A stretch of DNA of 63,381 nucleotides, filler included, from Craspedostauros australis (lineage: Eukaryota): NCBI GenBank assembly GCA_030167865.1. It is 24 parts of 24 records of this genome, joined end to end, with 100 filler letters (N's around TTAATTAATTAA, not from the genome) between each part and the next. Parts side by side here need not be neighbours in the genome. Positions count along the whole stretch, not along the records: positions 58,466 to 60,856 come from JALAGF010001008.1; positions 60,957 to 61,963 come from JALAGF010001009.1; positions 62,064 to 63,381 come from JALAGF010001010.1; 21 more parts are not named here. One strand, written 5' to 3'. Shown here in pieces: positions 58,466-63,381 of this stretch (position 1 is the stretch's first letter; each line of letters starts with the position of its first letter). Under the pieces are notes generated by a model that was not told the origin of the DNA, did no database searches, and saw only the letters and a list, made by a program, of their open reading frames with translations. The position numbers and the translations under genes are program-made.

Positions 58466-60856
58466 ATGGTGATGACCATGCTCGACACACCCACACAAAC
58501 TCACACTGCCTACGCCGTCGATGATTCATTCTTTGATACCTTCCAACACTTCCCAGGAACGGACGAAGTCCACGACGACGTGAGCATCCCAGCATGGCTC
58601 AACGACGGACCGATCATCCACGAGGTGACGCTCAACAACGAGCCTCGTTTTGATCTCGATTTCGATTACTGCCTCAACACGCACGACTTGCCGAGCAACG
58701 GCAACCGAGAAGAAGACCCCGAGGAGGATATCGATATCCTCGCTATGGAGGAAGCCGGGGAGCCCCCGATTGAGCAAGACATGCTCCTGGACGACAATCT
58801 CTTCGAAGAGACGTCAGCCGCTGGCTCCGCCGAAGAAGAGATCGCTCAAGATGATGGAGATGACGACAGCGATGCAACTCGTCCGCTATACGTCCGGAAC
58901 AGATTCCGTCCTCCCAGGCCAGAAGGTCAACGAGTCATGAACCACCACGAAGACGTGATCTTCCCAACCGGCCTACGCTTTGGGCCCACAGACTTCTTCA
59001 ACCAACGAGGGGCACACGGCAGGCATGACACTACGCCGTACCCAACATTCACGGCCGAGATCAGGCAACGCGAAATCATCAGCAACGCCATCTTCTGCGG
59101 GGCCCACAACCTGTTTCCCAACAATCGACGCATCCAGATGGCATTCGTCGGACGAGTGTCGGCAATGTTCATCATGGCAGAGCTTCTGTCAATCGAGGAG
59201 ATCCTGGCAAACAGCATGATTCTCAACAGAATCCTCGAGCGTCACGGCCAACCACCACTGAGCATCATGGAGCGGCACTTCATCCTTGGAGGATGTATGG
59301 CGGCACTGCTTCACCACCGACTGCAGGAAAGGCGACCTGAGCCACCGCAACAGGCAAGACCGGAGCCGCCACAGCAAGCAGCACCAATGCGCCCTCCAAT
59401 CGATTGGGGCGATTGCAGCACGAGCGACTCATCCGACGACGACGAGTCCTCCGACGACGACGAGTTGGCAATCATGGTCGTGGATCGCACGCGCTTCCGC
59501 GCATCCGACCACCACACCGACACACCCGATGAACACACATGGCTCGCCGACAGTGGAGCCTCATGCCACATTGTAAATTCGGATAAGGGGATGTTCAACA
59601 TCCGCCACATCCAGTCCTTTGTGAAGGTCGGCGACAACACGCAACTCAACTCACCAAAGATGGGGTCCATCTATCTCCGAGTGAAGCAACGCGACAACAC
59701 ACAGCGCACCATCAGACTGAACGACGTCAAGTTCGCACCCAAGATGTGGGTGAATCTGTTCTCAACGAACAAGGCGCTGGAAAATGGATACCAGATCGGC
59801 AACAACGGTATCATCATGGACATCGCGAACGGCAACGGGAACAAGATCGTGTTCGATCAAGTGTTCCGCACGCGAAATGGCTTCGTGACTGGCGTGCAGA
59901 TGCATGCAGTCAAGCCACGCACAGACATCACGGCTGCGACCGTCACATCGGATCCACCGAAGGGCATCAACGCGTCCACACTCCACCGCATGTTGGGACA
60001 TGCCCCACTCGAAGCAATGCAACGGACCGCATCGCATCACGGATGGAACATCATCGGCACCATGCCACCATGCAAGCACTGTGCCATCGCCAACGCACGA
60101 GTGAAGAACGTCCCGAAGGCGACCATCGCGAGAGCATCGCGACGATGTGAGCGATTCTTCATCGACATCAGCTACACNAAGCACACGAGCTTCGGAAACA
60201 AGCGGTACTGGGTGTTGATCGTAGACGACCACACAGATTACTGCTGGAGCATCTTCCTCACCAACAAGAGTGACCAACCGGCCTTCCTGAAGCGATTCAT
60301 CCAGAAGATGCGGCCGCACACCGACGGCAAACCAATCATCTTTCGCGGAGACAACAGCGGAGAGAACAAGGCATCGGAGGCCCACCTGCTCAAAGCCGGA
60401 TTCGACATCTCATTCGAATACACGGCATCCAACACACCACAACAGAACGGCAGAGTCAAGCGCAAGTTCGCATACTTGTACATGAAGATGCGATCCATGC
60501 TGAATGGCGCCCAGCTCAACGAGGAGCACAGACATGGTCTATGGGCTGCGGCAGCCAACGTCGCGACCGCGGTCGCCAACATCACCGTGGCGAAGGGAAA
60601 GACCAAGTCACCACACCATCTATTCTTCGGAGAGGATCCGAAGTACGCAAGCGGACTTCGCACCTTTGGTGAAGTCGGAGTCGTCAAGACGGCCTATGGA
60701 GGCATGATGGCGAAACTCCAGAACAGAGGCGAGGCGATGTTGTTCGTCGGATATGCTCCGCAGCATGGATCTGGCGTCTACAACATGTACCGCCCATCCA
60801 CCAAGTCCATCGTCTGCACCAGAGACGTGAAGTGGCTCAACAGATCGTACGGGCAC
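58466..60856 (+). CDS. pol: Copia pol fragment: linker, protease, integrase
   Basis: WLADSGASCH, LHRMLGH..CKHC, IVDD, RGDNSGE, TPQQNG; paralog of ~7500-9880. Confidence 0.95.
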
Positions 60857-61780
60857 NNNNNNNNNNNNNNNNNNNNNNNNNNNNNNNNNNNNNNNNNNNN
60901 TTAATTAATTAANNNNNNNNNNNNNNNNNNNNNNNNNNNNNNNNNNNNNNNNNNNNGAACTCGATCACAGGCAACCTCACCGAAATGTTTTGCGATGGAT
61001 CATTCCAATTCTCTTTGTTTAGTTCAGACTGCAAGGAACCAGGCGACGGCATCCTGCCTCCGGAGACCGATTGCACATGCTGCACACAGTGTTGTGACCG
61101 AAATGATGTCTGCGTCCCCTAGAGAGCGATGACGCCTCGTCCACCGCACCGTCTGTCATTGACACAACAGGGCGCGACAGGATGGACGGTAAGATGCGCA
61201 GGGCACCAGAAGACCACATTGGCAAACGGTCAAAGATGGAGACTTGGGGCATGCGAGGAGCAGAGACCAGGTAGTCAACCTCCTTGAATTTAGAAGATAG
61301 TCTTTAACCTTCGTTGGGTCTGCAGAGAGAGAGAGAGAGAGAGAGAGTTGGCAGTTTGGTTTGGAGATGTGTCGTCTCTCTCTGTCTCCCCGACTGTGTA
61401 CGGTACAACCTGCACCAAACCATAAACTGGGTCACGATAACGCTAGTGCCTTCAAGAGCCGCCTGGGACACCCGGCAAGTCCATTGAAACGTGCGTCGTT
61501 TGACTCATTTGACCAGGGACACCCGGCAAAAAGCAGCGGAGACGGAAACTCGACTAGTACGACTAATTCGACATTGAAAAACGATTTTGTCACCAGACAC
61601 AAGAAAGCCTCAATTGACATTCCGCGATTGGCGAAGAACGAACCTCCTTTCGAAGAACTTAGTGAGACATCATGTTGGTCCTACTTCGGACAAATACAAC
61701 GAGGCATCGATGCCGNTGGCCCAAATGACCGAGTCCCGTCAATACCGATGACAATCAGCGCCTAAATCTAAATAAGTCGA

Positions 61781-61940
61781 ATGACGACTATTTATTTCGA
61801 ATGACGTCTAAATAAATCAAATAACGTCTAAATATATCTAATGACGTCTAAATAAATCTAATGACGACTATTTAATTCGAATGACGTCTAAATAAATCAA
61901 ATGACGTCTAAATATATCTAATGACGTCTAAATAAATCGA
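61781..61940. repeat. 20-bp minisatellite x8 (ATGACGTCTAAATAAATCNA)
   Basis: Eight aligned units, directly visible. Confidence 0.95.
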
Positions 61941-62603
61941 TACATTTTGTCACTCGTGATCCANNNNNNNNNNNNNNNNNNNNNNNNNNNNNNNNNNNNN
62001 NNNNNNNTTAATTAATTAANNNNNNNNNNNNNNNNNNNNNNNNNNNNNNNNNNNNNNNNNNNNCGGAAATTTTGGTCGAAAATCCGTTGTGTCAGATTTG
62101 TGTCGCATTTCGCGTCGCAAGAATCGTTTTCCCTCAATCACAGATCCGAAAATGTCGCGGAAATTGATTTCTTGCCAAGATGAACCAATCTGCCCAATCA
62201 GGACAGACTTGGATCTTGGGTGTGACACGTGCGAATCTTNNNNNNNNNNNNNNNNNNNNNNNNGATCAATCGTGTGATCGTACTACTAGCAACATCGTGA
62301 GAAGATGTAATTCACAACACGTGGTATCGCGGTGTTTTGTTCATTGATTTTTTGCACCTCATCTTCACGCAGTAACACGCACATTTGCCGTGTTGTCTCC
62401 GTGTTAATTTTACTTGCAATTTGCATGAGACCTGTCATGTCTCTCTCATGCTCACAGTTCCCAAGAATTCAATCTTGTGAGCTCAACAGCATCCATACTA
62501 CCATACGAATATCACTCTAATACAAACACTCATCCTCACCCCAACAACGATCTGATCACTCTACGTTTCGGTGCGGAATCCCATCTTCGATTTCGTTCTA
62601 ACA

Positions 62604-62806
62604 AGGAGCGAGAGAGCATCTCACGTACCGACTCATAGTCAGAGACTGAATCTACAAAACAGATTGAAGCACCGAGAGCATCGGGCAAGAGAACTGGTGT
62701 ACACCAAGAGGATCGGAGTAGCCAAGTACTGAAATAGCAAACGAACAACTATCAACCAACACCATCTTCCACGATCGTAGGTTACCGTGAGCGGAACTTG
62801 CCAACA
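62604..62806 (+). repeat. LTR family A 3' portion, left side cut after ..TTCTAACA (possible end of another LTR)
   Basis: Matches 5760-5962. Confidence 0.9.
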
Positions 62807-63024
62807 AGCATCGTACGATCAACAATTCCATCCACAAAATCCATTCCAAACTGTCGCCGCTCCCAAACGCACGAACATACCAACACAAACGAACGCAAAT
62901 GAATGGGCAGACAAGTGATCACTCCGCACAACAAACAAAATCCACAATTCAGCAGCGCAAATCAACCAACAGACAAACGACCGAATCCACGAATGGCAGA
63001 ACACACAGAATGGACAAACTGCTG

Positions 63025-63381
63025 TGTTGGCAAGTTCCGCTCACGGTAACCTACGATCGTGGAAGATGGTGTTGGTTGATAGTCTTCTGTTTACTATTTC
63101 ATTACATTGGCACTCTGATACTCTCGGTGTCCGTTCGTTCTCTTGCCCGATGCTCTCGGCGCTTCAATCTGTTTCGTAGATTCAGTCTCCGACTATGAGT
63201 CGGTACGCGAGATCCTCTCTCGCTCCTCTCTGTATTCTCTCTCTCTCTCTCAACATCGTGTGTTCGTGCTACACGATACTCTGTGTTCGATGCGTATTCC
63301 GCATTCGACACTCTGTTCATTCAGTACTGGCTTCTACTCCATGAGTACTTACCATTTGAAGTTCACCTTCAGTATCCATGA
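63025..63381 (-). repeat. LTR family A copy running off the window
   Basis: Near-identical to 15240-15595. Confidence 0.92.

Noticed and set aside
61781..61940. CRISPR-like array
   Set aside because: Contiguous tandem units with no unique spacers and no cas genes; the same applies to the 4.2-4.8 kb and 38.6 kb repeats.
1546..62063. Regularly recurring TTAATTAATTAA motif as a biological repeat or array
   Set aside because: Always centred in exactly 44+44 N; it is an assembly linker. No synteny was inferred across it.

Overview
Eukaryotic, transposon-rich DNA, most likely a diatom (inferred from CoDi-type copia, Ambal-like LINE and diatom-typical orphan families). It is not one locus: 24 small contigs are joined by 23 artificial 100-nt linkers (N44-TTAATTAATTAA-N44), so adjacency across linkers is meaningless. 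It contains several Ty1/copia LTR-retrotransposon pieces (one LTR family seen 7 times), two LINE fragments, a MULE transposase, a piggyBac-like transposase with a palindromic end, and a TIR element. Host genes include a Cys-repeat/Pro-Ser protein, an HMG-box protein, BTB, LRR-like, FAD monooxygenase, PWI/RGG and DUF1244-MogA genes. The highlight is a near-complete tyrosine-recombinase (DIRS-like) retrotransposon at ~27.6-35.1 kb. Its gag carries an RNase H1 hybrid-binding-like domain, its pol starts with a degenerate C5-cytosine-methyltransferase-like region before RT (HCDD)/RNase H/N6-MTase-like modules, its recombinase is preceded by a PHD-like finger, and phase-matched splice signals suggest spliced Gag-Pol and Gag-YR. 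All domain calls are by-eye motif recognition; no searches were run.
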